Shown here in pieces: positions 28,645 through 37,178 of a stretch of DNA of 64,000 nt (its first letter is position 1; every line of letters begins with the position of its first letter). The notes under the pieces were generated by a model that did no database searches, was not told the DNA's origin, and saw only the letters and a list, made by a program, of their open reading frames with translations. The DNA comes from Archangium sp. (GTDB lineage: Bacteria > Myxococcota > Myxococcia > Myxococcales > Myxococcaceae): positions 1 through 64,000 of the forward strand of contig JANLPS010000019.1 in the NCBI GenBank assembly GCA_031367385.1, in the 5' to 3' direction. A program made the translations under genes and the position numbers.

Positions 28645-31600
28645 TCAGTCGCTGGTGATGAGTCCCCGAAAGGTCTCGTACCCTTTTCCGGTAATCTGGG
28701 CCGCGCCACCGGTCTGGCCATCCCAAAACTTGATGGTGCCACCTTCATTCACGCCGTTGAAGAGATGCCCTTCCCACCCCGGGCCACTCTCAGCGGCGAT
28801 GATGGCTCGGGTACCTGGGCCGCCGTTGAGCAATTGCTGCGAGACGCTCTCGATCGAGCCCCTGGGGCCGAAGGTGCGCCCGAACAGCCGCTCGAGCCCC
28901 GTGACGCCCTGAACCCGCGGGGCGGCCGGCGCAGCAATCGGGAACCCATTGATCGTGGAGTCGGTTGCGACGCAGCACTTCGCGCAATTGGTCGTGCTGC
29001 CACTCGGGTTGATGCCGCGAGGGCCAAACACGGGCGAATACACCGGGCGCGGGGGCACCACGACTGGCTTGCTCATCGCTGGTCGCCCCGGCACGCCCAT
29101 CGGAAATGGAGTGAAGACGTCGGAGGGTTTGAATGGCTTGCCGGCCCCACCGAGCTCGCCGCTCGACGGTTCGCCGCCCCCAGTCGGAGCTGGGCGTACC
29201 GGCTTTAGCTTCTCGAGGGCTTCAGGGTCGGTGAACGTCAGTGGGTTCGCATCGACGTACGCGTAGGTATTGAAGCCGCCCTCGATGCCGCCGGGGTCAT
29301 TCTGCAGGTAGCGCCCAAGGCGCGGGTCGTACACGCGGCGCCAGTTGTGAAAGAGACCTGACTCGGCGTCGAACACCTGACCGGGGTAGCGGAGATTGAC
29401 GATGAGCGCGGGAGCGGTGGCCCGCAGCCGCACCGAGCCCCCGTTACCGAAGATTCGGCTCGACGACAGCACGCCGGTTGGTTTGGTGGTGCCGAATGCG
29501 CTGTAGGGCCACTGCCACACCGTTCGAGCACCATCGTCGGTGACCAGCCGGGGCGTATTCAGATTGTCGGCATGAATCGCCCACAAGCGCCCACCTGCAA
29601 AGAGGCCAATGGGCATGGCCTGCCCGTCTTCACCCGGCAGCCAGATGAATTCGACGCGGTCGAACGAGCGCTCTGCACTGGGCCCATATTCGCCGAGCAG
29701 GTTGGGCACCGGCCCAGAGTCCGAGTACAGAAGACTTTGGCCGACGGTGCTCCACCACCCAGCCAACGACTTGAAGACCCGCTGGCCACGCGCATTGTGC
29801 CGGTATTTCACCGCGCCAGACGAGCGAACGAGGTGCGCGGAGGCCCTGACCAGTCGATTCGAGGTGTCGTAGTCGAAAGACCGCGAGCCATCGGTGAGTA
29901 GATTGCCGTTGGCATCGAACACGAACCGGCGGCGATCTGCAGAAGCAAGATGCCCCCACCAACTCGGAGTCAGACGCGACGTCTCGCGCGTGCCGAGAAG
30001 CCGGTTGCTCGATGGGTCGATGCTGTTCTCACCCGTGGTCGTTTTGTTGATCAGCACTGCGCTGTCGTCGAAGACGCCGTCGAGGTCGAGCTCGTTCGTG
30101 CTGTTCTCGCTCGACGTCAGTCGATTGCCGTTCGAGTCGTATGAGTACGTGACCGTGTCTCCAAAACGTTCGAAGCGACTGATGCGACCGCGCGCGTCGT
30201 AGGCGACCTGCCACGAGATCGGCACGACGCCTCGTTGGGCGCGCAGATTCTGCGTGAGGCCGATGATGCGGCCCTCTGCGTCATACGTGTAGGTCGAGAG
30301 CTCGGTACTGGTGACGCGCCCTTCAGGGTCAAACGTGCGCTGCGCGACCTCGCCATTGAACCATCGCCACGATTTGACCTGGTTCAGTGCGTTGTAGGCG
30401 AGCTCGCGTACGAAGGGAGCGGTCTGGCCGCGGCCCGGCAGGCGCACATCGACCTGCGTCGTTTGGCCGCTCGTGTTCTGCGCATAGGTGACGACGAGCC
30501 CACTGGGGTAGGTGATCTGCGCGAGCCCGCCGCCTGGGTGGTAGGCGTACGAAACCCCGAGCGTGCTGAGCACACGAACCCCTTCGCGGACCACCTGGGT
30601 CTTGGTCAGAATGCGACCCAATTCATCGCGGGTGAACGTCGTATGGCCGCTGGAGTCTTCGAAGCGTGAGACGTCACCCGCCGGGTCATAGACGAGGGTG
30701 TCTCGCGTGCCGTCTGCGTGAGTGATCGCAGTGGGCCGATTGAGCGCGTCGAAGAGCGTGCTGGTGACGAGGCCCTTGGCATCTCTTCGTGAGAACACGT
30801 TGCCGTTCGCGTCGCGGGTGAACGTGGTGCCGCCGGTGTCAGGGCTGTTTTGCGCAATGACCTCACCAAAACCGTTTCGCGTGTACTGCGTCTTGATGCC
30901 CCTCGGGTCGGTGGCCGAGGTCACCTCATTGCTCGGGCTCCAGGTGTATGTGGCTTGGCCGCGGTCGGTGAACGTCGTCGCGATCGGTCGCCCCAGGGGG
31001 TCGAGGGTCTCCTGGGTCATCTGGCCCAACGAGTTGGTGGCGCTGATCAGCTCGCCGTTGAGGTCATATGCATACGTACTGGTCTTGCCGTTCGAGTCGC
31101 TCGACGACACGACCCGATTGAGCGCATTGATGCCGCGGGTGACAGACAGCGGCGAGCCGCCGGTGGCCCCAGTCGCCTCTTCGCGCAAGGGGTTGCCCAT
31201 GCCGTCGCGGGTGTAGGTGACCTTGCCGCCTCGGCTGTCACTCACGCGCGAGAGGCGCTGGGCGTCGTCGTATTCGTAGTGAACGACGTTGCCGTTGGGC
31301 AGGGTGACCGACTCAATCGTGCCAATCGGCGTGTAGGCGAAGGCGACCTGCTCACCACCCTTGGTGATCTGCCGAACGCGGTTTCGTTCATCGTAGGTGA
31401 ACGTCGTGGTGACGCCGGTGGGTTCAACCCGGGCCACCATGTTGCCCGCGCTGTCGTACTGAAACTCGGTTTGCTCACCGAGGGCGTTGCGGAGCGACGA
31501 GAGGTTGCCAGCTGAATCGTAGCTGAGCTGGCTCGTTGCGCCCTTGGGGTCGGTGACAACGTCGATGAGCCCGCTCTGGTTGTACGACCAGCGCGAGGTT

Positions 31601-33675
31601 CGGGTCTGCCCAGTGGCCGTATCGGTGATTGCCTGGCTGAGCATCGTGCCCGCGTCGTCATAGCCGTAGACGGTGACGCGCCCCGGTTCGGTGAGCTTGC
31701 TGGGCAGCTTGAAGTCAGGGTGCCACTGCGTCTGTGAGAGCTGCGCCACCGACGTGTTCGACGCCAGCGTGCTCGAGGTGAGCAGCTTGCGACCCGTGTC
31801 CCATTGAAATGAGGCTTGGGTGCCCAAGAAGTCGTTCTGCGTCGAGACCAGCGTCGTACCAGGCGTGAACGTGCGGCTGGCCACAGACTGGCCGCTAAAG
31901 GCGCCATTCGATTCGAGCAACTGCACGTCTCCATCGCCGCCGCGCCAGGTCGAGCTGCGCAGGGTGTTCAGCGGGTCGGTCACGAGCGTCGTCGCGGTGA
32001 AAGCCGACGAGCCGACCTGGCTGCCCTCGATCAGCTTGGGCCCCTCGCTGGTGAGCTTCTCGTCGTACACGAAGGAGTACGCCTGCGTGTGACCGGCGTG
32101 CTCGGTCGAGGTGGCTCGGCCCGCGAGGTCATAGGTAAAGCTCGCGTAGCGAACGCCACGTTCGTCGATGATGCCCGTCAAGGCGCCGGGGTGCGCCACG
32201 TCTTCGTAGACGAAGATTCGGCCTGCACCGTCGGGGTAGAGAACATCGCTCAAGCGGTTCAACCCATCGAACGAATACTCAATCGTTCTGCCGTCGGGCG
32301 TGGTCACCACTCTGAGCCGGCCATCGGCGTCGTACGCGAACGTCAAGGCCCGACCGAACGCGTTTCGCACGCTGATCAGCTGCGCATTCTCGTTGTAGAG
32401 CAGTGTCATCGCCCAGCCGTTGCGCTGCGTGACTGACATCAGCCTGCCGGCGTCGTCGAAGAGCGAACGCTCCAGGTCGTCGCCGCGGGTGTAGATGAAG
32501 CCGTTGGCGACTTCTTCGAGCGCATCGCTTCGATTGTCGGCCACCCACGGGCTTGGCGGGGTCGCTCGCTCGAAGCTGACGCGGCTGCCGTCGCCGAAGT
32601 GAATGATCGTCTTTCGCTCGGCCCTGTCGGCCCACGTCATCCACTCGTGGCTCCAGTGCGCACCGAGCTCGAAAGCGAACTTCGAATAGCTGCGGTAGAA
32701 GCGGGTGATCGACAGCGGGTGAGGCGTCTTGTCTTGCCAGTCGACCTCGGTCTGCGTCTTCTCACCCGTCACCGCGCTCACCGGGTTGCCATTTTGGCCT
32801 TCGCAGACGTCGGCTTCTTCGACGGTGATTTCGTGAGTCGCTGGGGTCTTGCAGCCCGCGCAGGTCGCCGTCAGCCGATCGGTCATCGCCGTATACGGCG
32901 GCACGTAGGTGAAGACGAACAGACCCTCGCTGTTGGTGGTACCGACGAGCACCAGGCCGCTGTCGCTGGTGACGGTGACCGTTTTACCGGCGGCGCCAAT
33001 GCCGCCTTGCGAGACGCGCGCGGTTTGAGTCAGCGCGGGGCCGGTGATCATCGTCTTGGTGGTCGATGCGCCGGTCAGGCTGATGACGGGCGAGGCCTTG
33101 CACCTGAAGCCCGAGGGAGTCGAAGCACGAACGAGCTCCGCACCCTCTTCGCACTCCCAATACTTGCTTCTGTAGAGCAGCGATCTGTCCAACTTCCTCG
33201 AAGCGGAGATGTTGCCGTCGGAGTCTTGCGTCGTGCCCCAGCTCTGCAACCAGAAGACCTTCGAGTCGAACGCGGGGCTGATCGTCGATTCAACCTGAGA
33301 AATGCACACGATGTGCGCAGCGGTGTAGCCGTAGTCGAAGGGCTCGAGCACTGGCTCATCGGCCGAGTGAAAATACTGGGCGAAGACGAACTTCGTGTAG
33401 CACTTGGCCGCGGCCGAAAAGCCTTCCTCCGTCAGCAGTTTCTTGTCGGTGCACTGTCTGCCGAGCGGAGTCTGGCGATAGGTGCCTTGAAAAAAGCATG
33501 CGCACACCATGTCGATGTTCGTCGGGCCGCCGTAGTAGTAGTCGACGCACACTTGCGTTCTGTAGTCGGAGAGCACTGGCTCAACGCAGCTGCCCGGTGT
33601 TTCGCAGTCGGCCAGGGCCGAGGTGCTCATGACGGCAGTCAAGATGCCAGCCACGACGCCGCATGAAGCTCTCAC
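28645..33675 (-). CDS. Rhs/YD-repeat protein with signal peptide, Ig-like and DUF6531-like domains and a C-terminal papain-fold (Tox-PL, glutamine deamidase-like) toxin
   Basis: GNPVSAVTGEK…DW…RFYRS; many YD repeats; core LRYPGQ…HNWRRVYDP…GRY…NPLTFTDPEAL; tip NCAKC…GHLFN…DGQ. Confidence 0.92.
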   Translation of the reverse strand: MRASCGVVAGILTAVMSTSALADCETPGSCVEPVLSDYRTQVCVDYYYGGPTNIDMVCACFFQGTYRQTPLGRQCTDKKLLTEEGFSAAAKCYTKFVFAQYFHSADEPVLEPFDYGYTAAHIVCISQVESTISPAFDSKVFWLQSWGTTQDSDGNISASRKLDRSLLYRSKYWECEEGAELVRASTPSGFRCKASPVISLTGASTTKTMITGPALTQTARVSQGGIGAAGKTVTVTSDSGLVLVGTTNSEGLFVFTYVPPYTAMTDRLTATCAGCKTPATHEITVEEADVCEGQNGNPVSAVTGEKTQTEVDWQDKTPHPLSITRFYRSYSKFAFELGAHWSHEWMTWADRAERKTIIHFGDGSRVSFERATPPSPWVADNRSDALEEVANGFIYTRGDDLERSLFDDAGRLMSVTQRNGWAMTLLYNENAQLISVRNAFGRALTFAYDADGRLRVVTTPDGRTIEYSFDGLNRLSDVLYPDGAGRIFVYEDVAHPGALTGIIDERGVRYASFTYDLAGRATSTEHAGHTQAYSFVYDEKLTSEGPKLIEGSQVGSSAFTATTLVTDPLNTLRSSTWRGGDGDVQLLESNGAFSGQSVASRTFTPGTTLVSTQNDFLGTQASFQWDTGRKLLTSSTLASNTSVAQLSQTQWHPDFKLPSKLTEPGRVTVYGYDDAGTMLSQAITDTATGQTRTSRWSYNQSGLIDVVTDPKGATSQLSYDSAGNLSSLRNALGEQTEFQYDSAGNMVARVEPTGVTTTFTYDERNRVRQITKGGEQVAFAYTPIGTIESVTLPNGNVVHYEYDDAQRLSRVSDSRGGKVTYTRDGMGNPLREEATGATGGSPLSVTRGINALNRVVSSSDSNGKTSTYAYDLNGELISATNSLGQMTQETLDPLGRPIATTFTDRGQATYTWSPSNEVTSATDPRGIKTQYTRNGFGEVIAQNSPDTGGTTFTRDANGNVFSRRDAKGLVTSTLFDALNRPTAITHADGTRDTLVYDPAGDVSRFEDSSGHTTFTRDELGRILTKTQVVREGVRVLSTLGVSYAYHPGGGLAQITYPSGLVVTYAQNTSGQTTQVDVRLPGRGQTAPFVRELAYNALNQVKSWRWFNGEVAQRTFDPEGRVTSTELSTYTYDAEGRIIGLTQNLRAQRGVVPISWQVAYDARGRISRFERFGDTVTYSYDSNGNRLTSSENSTNELDLDGVFDDSAVLINKTTTGENSIDPSSNRLLGTRETSRLTPSWWGHLASADRRRFVFDANGNLLTDGSRSFDYDTSNRLVRASAHLVRSSGAVKYRHNARGQRVFKSLAGWWSTVGQSLLYSDSGPVPNLLGEYGPSAERSFDRVEFIWLPGEDGQAMPIGLFAGGRLWAIHADNLNTPRLVTDDGARTVWQWPYSAFGTTKPTGVLSSSRIFGNGGSVRLRATAPALIVNLRYPGQVFDAESGLFHNWRRVYDPRLGRYLQNDPGGIEGGFNTYAYVDANPLTFTDPEALEKLKPVRPAPTGGGEPSSGELGGAGKPFKPSDVFTPFPMGVPGRPAMSKPVVVPPRPVYSPVFGPRGINPSGSTTNCAKCCVATDSTINGFPIAAPAAPRVQGVTGLERLFGRTFGPRGSIESVSQQLLNGGPGTRAIIAAESGPGWEGHLFNGVNEGGTIKFWDGQTGGAAQITGKGYETFRGLITSD

Positions 33676-33820
33676 GAGTCACCCGCTGTGAAGGAGTTGG
33701 CGGCGCCCTTTCCACGCGCTGTGCCAGCGCTTTCGCGCTGATATCTGGGGCCTTTTCTGAGGTGTGAACAGGCGTGTCCACTCCACTGGTGCATCTCTGC
33801 TCCAAGATCAGCTGGCGTTC

Positions 33821-33858
33821 AGCGCACAGCTCCCGACAGTGGAGCCTCGGCGTCAGAG
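33821..33858 (+). repeat. 38-bp direct repeat, right copy
   Basis: AGCGCACAGCTCCCGACAGTGGAGCCTCGGCGTCAGAG; matches 28545-28582. Confidence 0.9.
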
Positions 33859-33934
33859 CGCACGCTGAGGCAAACTTGAGCGCAAGCTGACGTTTGACTT
33901 TGTCTCTTCGCAGGCCAGACTCCCGCGCGTGAAA

Positions 33935-36112
33935 ATGCGGTTTTTTGCGGTGCTCGCGCTCAGCTCGAGCGTGGGCTGTGGTTCGAGCTTCTACTCGCGG
34001 CCTGATGTGAAGGTGCAGGTGGTGCCGTCGGGCGCGCTGATCTTGCCGATGCCCAAGAGCGTCATCACCGACACCGAGTTGGTCTTGGCGGGGCCGAGCC
34101 AGGCACGGGTGCAACGCCGAAGCGACGGCGTGGTGCAGCTCGACGTCACTACGGGCGAGATTCATCTCCAATCAGACGACTTCGGCGGCGTGATGAAGGT
34201 CTACGAACCGGTTCGCATTTGCTACGACGTCGATCAAGCTGCCAAGACCGCCACCGTCACCGGGTACGGCGTGCGGCCCGGCGGGTCGAATCGCTACCAA
34301 GACCGAGGCAACGTCACCGGGTGCGCGACATTCACCTCGGCGCCCGACGCCGGCGTGGCTGCGGCCCTCGCGGCGGCGGCGCTGCTGGCCGACACCGGGG
34401 GCTCGGAGCACTTCAACTTCGGCGCGGTGACCGTGACCGGCTCAATCGACGAGCCGATCGCCTCGAAGAGCGGCGTCTTCGCGTCGGTCTCCACCACCCA
34501 GGGCCTCTGGTCTGCGTACCCTGACGTGGCCGACAAGATGGAGTCGCTCACCCGAACCCTGGTGGTGCGCGGCACGATGAATGGCGCGGTGCCTGACCAG
34601 CTGGCGGTGAGCCTCTCGCCCGATGAGCAGCCCTTCTTGTCTGCGGTGACGAGCTCGGGCAGCGACTATTTCTGGCACTCCCGTGACGACCGCGTGTACC
34701 GAATTTCGAACGACTCGGTCGTGCTCTCACTGCAGTACCTGGGCGTCGGCGGCGCCAACCTCTCTCGCGACCCACTGGTGCACGGCGCGATTGGCTCGAC
34801 GGTCGGAGACCTGCTCGAAGGCAGCGCATGGACGGGGGTGTTCGAGACCCATGATGGCTCGACGGTGTGGCTGTCGATTCGCACGCAACCGGCCGCGAGC
34901 GCTGATTTCAAAGTGGCGCAGCCGTTCACCGCCCTCTCGGTGCTGGCGCCGAATGCGCGAGCGGTGCGGGTCTGCTTCTCCGAGCAGCTGGCCCCGGCCT
35001 CGTTGAACGCTTCGTCGTTCAGCTTCGAGCCGGCCATCGTCGTGAGTGAAGTCTCGCTGTCGGCCTCGAAGCTCTGCGCGTCACTCACCACGCCGGTGCG
35101 CGACGATCGCCCATACCGCGTTCGAGTGACGGGGCTTCAATCGGTGTTCGGCAACGCACTGCCGCCCAGAGGCCTCACCTTCAGCCTGAACAGCAAGCGA
35201 AACGGGTTGATCGATTTTCTGTTTGAGCTCTTCGACGGGTTCGACCGCGAGGCCTTGGTGCACATCGTGCCGACCAGCAGCGGCGGAGCGGTCGGGCTCG
35301 TCACCGGCCCCTCCGGCCAATCGCTCTGGCGTACGAGCAACGGGTTCGCTTTTGCGTTGCCCCTCGAAGGGCCCCCGGGCAAGGCGGCCCGCGACATCGA
35401 AGACGTTCAGGGTCACGGCCTGTGGGTGGTGAGCTCGAAGAACGACGCCGGCATCACCCGGGTCTCGCACTACGACGACTCGGCGACCGAGATCATCGAC
35501 CTCTCCGCGCAGGTCAATGACCTGGTCTGCCTCGGCGACGGCTCGGCGCTGACGGTCAACGAGGCGCAAGACGATTCACGGCTCTTCAACGGCGTCGCGA
35601 CGCCGCTCCCGGCTGCGTTTCATTTGAAGAAAGCCAGCGGCTTCATCAGGGGCAGCGCCGATGTGCTGATCAACACTGGCACCGCCACCGAGCGCCGACA
35701 GGTCAGCGACGGCGCGTTGGTGGCCACCTACCCCGTGCCCAACGTGAAGATCGTCGTCGACGACTACCTCTGTGCCTTCGGCCTCTACCGCGGCATCGCC
35801 GACGGGGGAGTCACACAGGTCTCGACCTTGCCCTGCCTCGACTTGATCAAAACCCCCGGCGGTCAGGTGGTGATGACCGGAGGCGAGGTGCTGCCGATTC
35901 AGCTCTACACCGTGAAGGGCAATTCAGTGACCCTGGTCAGTTTCAAGGTGGGCTCCCAGGCCGATCACCCACAAGTCACCCGGCCGCGCTTCAGCACCGG
36001 CGGCGTGTTCTTCAACGCCGAGAGCGTGCCAGGCAGCATACCCTTTCGGTCGAGCCTCGAGTTCGCCACCACCGCGCAATGGCAAGCGCTCACCGATGGG
36101 GGCCTGCAATGA
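33935..36112 (+). CDS. Large lipoprotein with a central SbsA/Big_5-like Ig domain and a probable C-terminal beta-propeller
   Basis: Lipobox SVGC; VRVCFSEQLAPASL…YRVRVTGLQSVFGN Ig-like pattern. Confidence 0.75.
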   Translation: MRFFAVLALSSSVGCGSSFYSRPDVKVQVVPSGALILPMPKSVITDTELVLAGPSQARVQRRSDGVVQLDVTTGEIHLQSDDFGGVMKVYEPVRICYDVDQAAKTATVTGYGVRPGGSNRYQDRGNVTGCATFTSAPDAGVAAALAAAALLADTGGSEHFNFGAVTVTGSIDEPIASKSGVFASVSTTQGLWSAYPDVADKMESLTRTLVVRGTMNGAVPDQLAVSLSPDEQPFLSAVTSSGSDYFWHSRDDRVYRISNDSVVLSLQYLGVGGANLSRDPLVHGAIGSTVGDLLEGSAWTGVFETHDGSTVWLSIRTQPAASADFKVAQPFTALSVLAPNARAVRVCFSEQLAPASLNASSFSFEPAIVVSEVSLSASKLCASLTTPVRDDRPYRVRVTGLQSVFGNALPPRGLTFSLNSKRNGLIDFLFELFDGFDREALVHIVPTSSGGAVGLVTGPSGQSLWRTSNGFAFALPLEGPPGKAARDIEDVQGHGLWVVSSKNDAGITRVSHYDDSATEIIDLSAQVNDLVCLGDGSALTVNEAQDDSRLFNGVATPLPAAFHLKKASGFIRGSADVLINTGTATERRQVSDGALVATYPVPNVKIVVDDYLCAFGLYRGIADGGVTQVSTLPCLDLIKTPGGQVVMTGGEVLPIQLYTVKGNSVTLVSFKVGSQADHPQVTRPRFSTGGVFFNAESVPGSIPFRSSLEFATTAQWQALTDGGLQ

Positions 36113-36720
36113 GATCTTTTCTCTGTACCGCTTCGCTGGCTCTGATTGCCTGTGGCCCACCCGGCGGTTCGGCGGTGTCGGTCTTCACGCTCAAGCAAGG
36201 TGGCGATGGCCCAGACCTGGTGAAGCACATCAACCGCTCTCCGAGCGCGCGGTGGCTGTACCAGGTGACCGTGAGCGGGTTTTCGTCAGCGTCTGAGAAC
36301 TACTTCGAGGGCACGGTTCAGATACCCGATGGGCCGGTGGTCGACCGGTTGGTGACCGAGACCCAGGTCGTGTACCAAGAACAAAGTGACTCCGGTCAGT
36401 ATTACTGGGGCTCGTCAGACGGCGATCTGCTGCAGCACCCGCTGGTGACGCTGAGCTACCCGCTGAAGGTCAACCGCGCGTGGAGCACCGGCACCGCCGC
36501 TTTCCCCGAGTGGTACCAGTACTCGGTCGAGGCGGTCGAAAAGGTCGAGACGCCCGCCGGCACCTTCGATGCGGCGAGGGTCGTGCAGTTCAATTCGCGC
36601 GCGAACAGCACGGTCACCCGCTGGTACGTCGACGACCTGGGGCTGGTGCAGCGCAGCGCCGAAACCGGCAACGGGGTCAGCACGACGCTCCTGTTGAGCT
36701 ACCAATTGGAGGCCAAGTGA
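36109..36720 (+). CDS. Hypothetical lipoprotein (DUF3108-like VETPAGTF motif)
   Basis: Lipobox LIAC; EKVETPAGTFDA…WYVDDLGLV; ATGA overlap. Confidence 0.75.
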   Translation: MRSFLCTASLALIACGPPGGSAVSVFTLKQGGDGPDLVKHINRSPSARWLYQVTVSGFSSASENYFEGTVQIPDGPVVDRLVTETQVVYQEQSDSGQYYWGSSDGDLLQHPLVTLSYPLKVNRAWSTGTAAFPEWYQYSVEAVEKVETPAGTFDAARVVQFNSRANSTVTRWYVDDLGLVQRSAETGNGVSTTLLLSYQLEAK

Positions 36721-37178
36721 AAGCGCTTCTCGGGGTCACCCTGCTCGCCGTGAGCCTCTGCGGCTGTGACGGTGACTGCAGTGTCTCGCAGGCGACGGGG
36801 CTGCTGGCGCCGTTCAGTCAAGGCTGCAACGCGGGGTCAGTCATCGACGGCGACAACATCAACTTTTCGATTCTGATCGGGCTCGGCGACAGCGATGCGA
36901 ACCTCTACAAGAGCCTCGACTTCGACATCGTGGGCCCGTTCTACCTGGGCCGGCGACAGACCGCGGCGGTGTCGGTCTCTCCCCTGGGTCACTACAGCAG
37001 CGAGACCTTCGCGCACGGGGTGGTCGACCTGATCATCGACGGCGCTGATTATTCGAAGTCGTTCGATCGGCACTTCAACATCAATATCGTGAACCTCGAG
37101 GTGCACGATGACTCGACCCAGCAAGCCGGCGTTCTCAAAGGCTCGATCTCGGTCATCGCGACCACGGCGACGCCATGA
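36717..37178 (+). CDS. Hypothetical lipoprotein
   Basis: GTGA overlap; MKALLGVTLLAVSLCGC lipobox. Confidence 0.7.
   Translation: MKALLGVTLLAVSLCGCDGDCSVSQATGLLAPFSQGCNAGSVIDGDNINFSILIGLGDSDANLYKSLDFDIVGPFYLGRRQTAAVSVSPLGHYSSETFAHGVVDLIIDGADYSKSFDRHFNINIVNLEVHDDSTQQAGVLKGSISVIATTATP

Noticed and set aside
28583..28912. ORF considered as an Rhs immunity gene
   Set aside because: It is antisense to the toxin-coding region and its first 19 codons are the relic of the 33935 gene; it is a shadow ORF.
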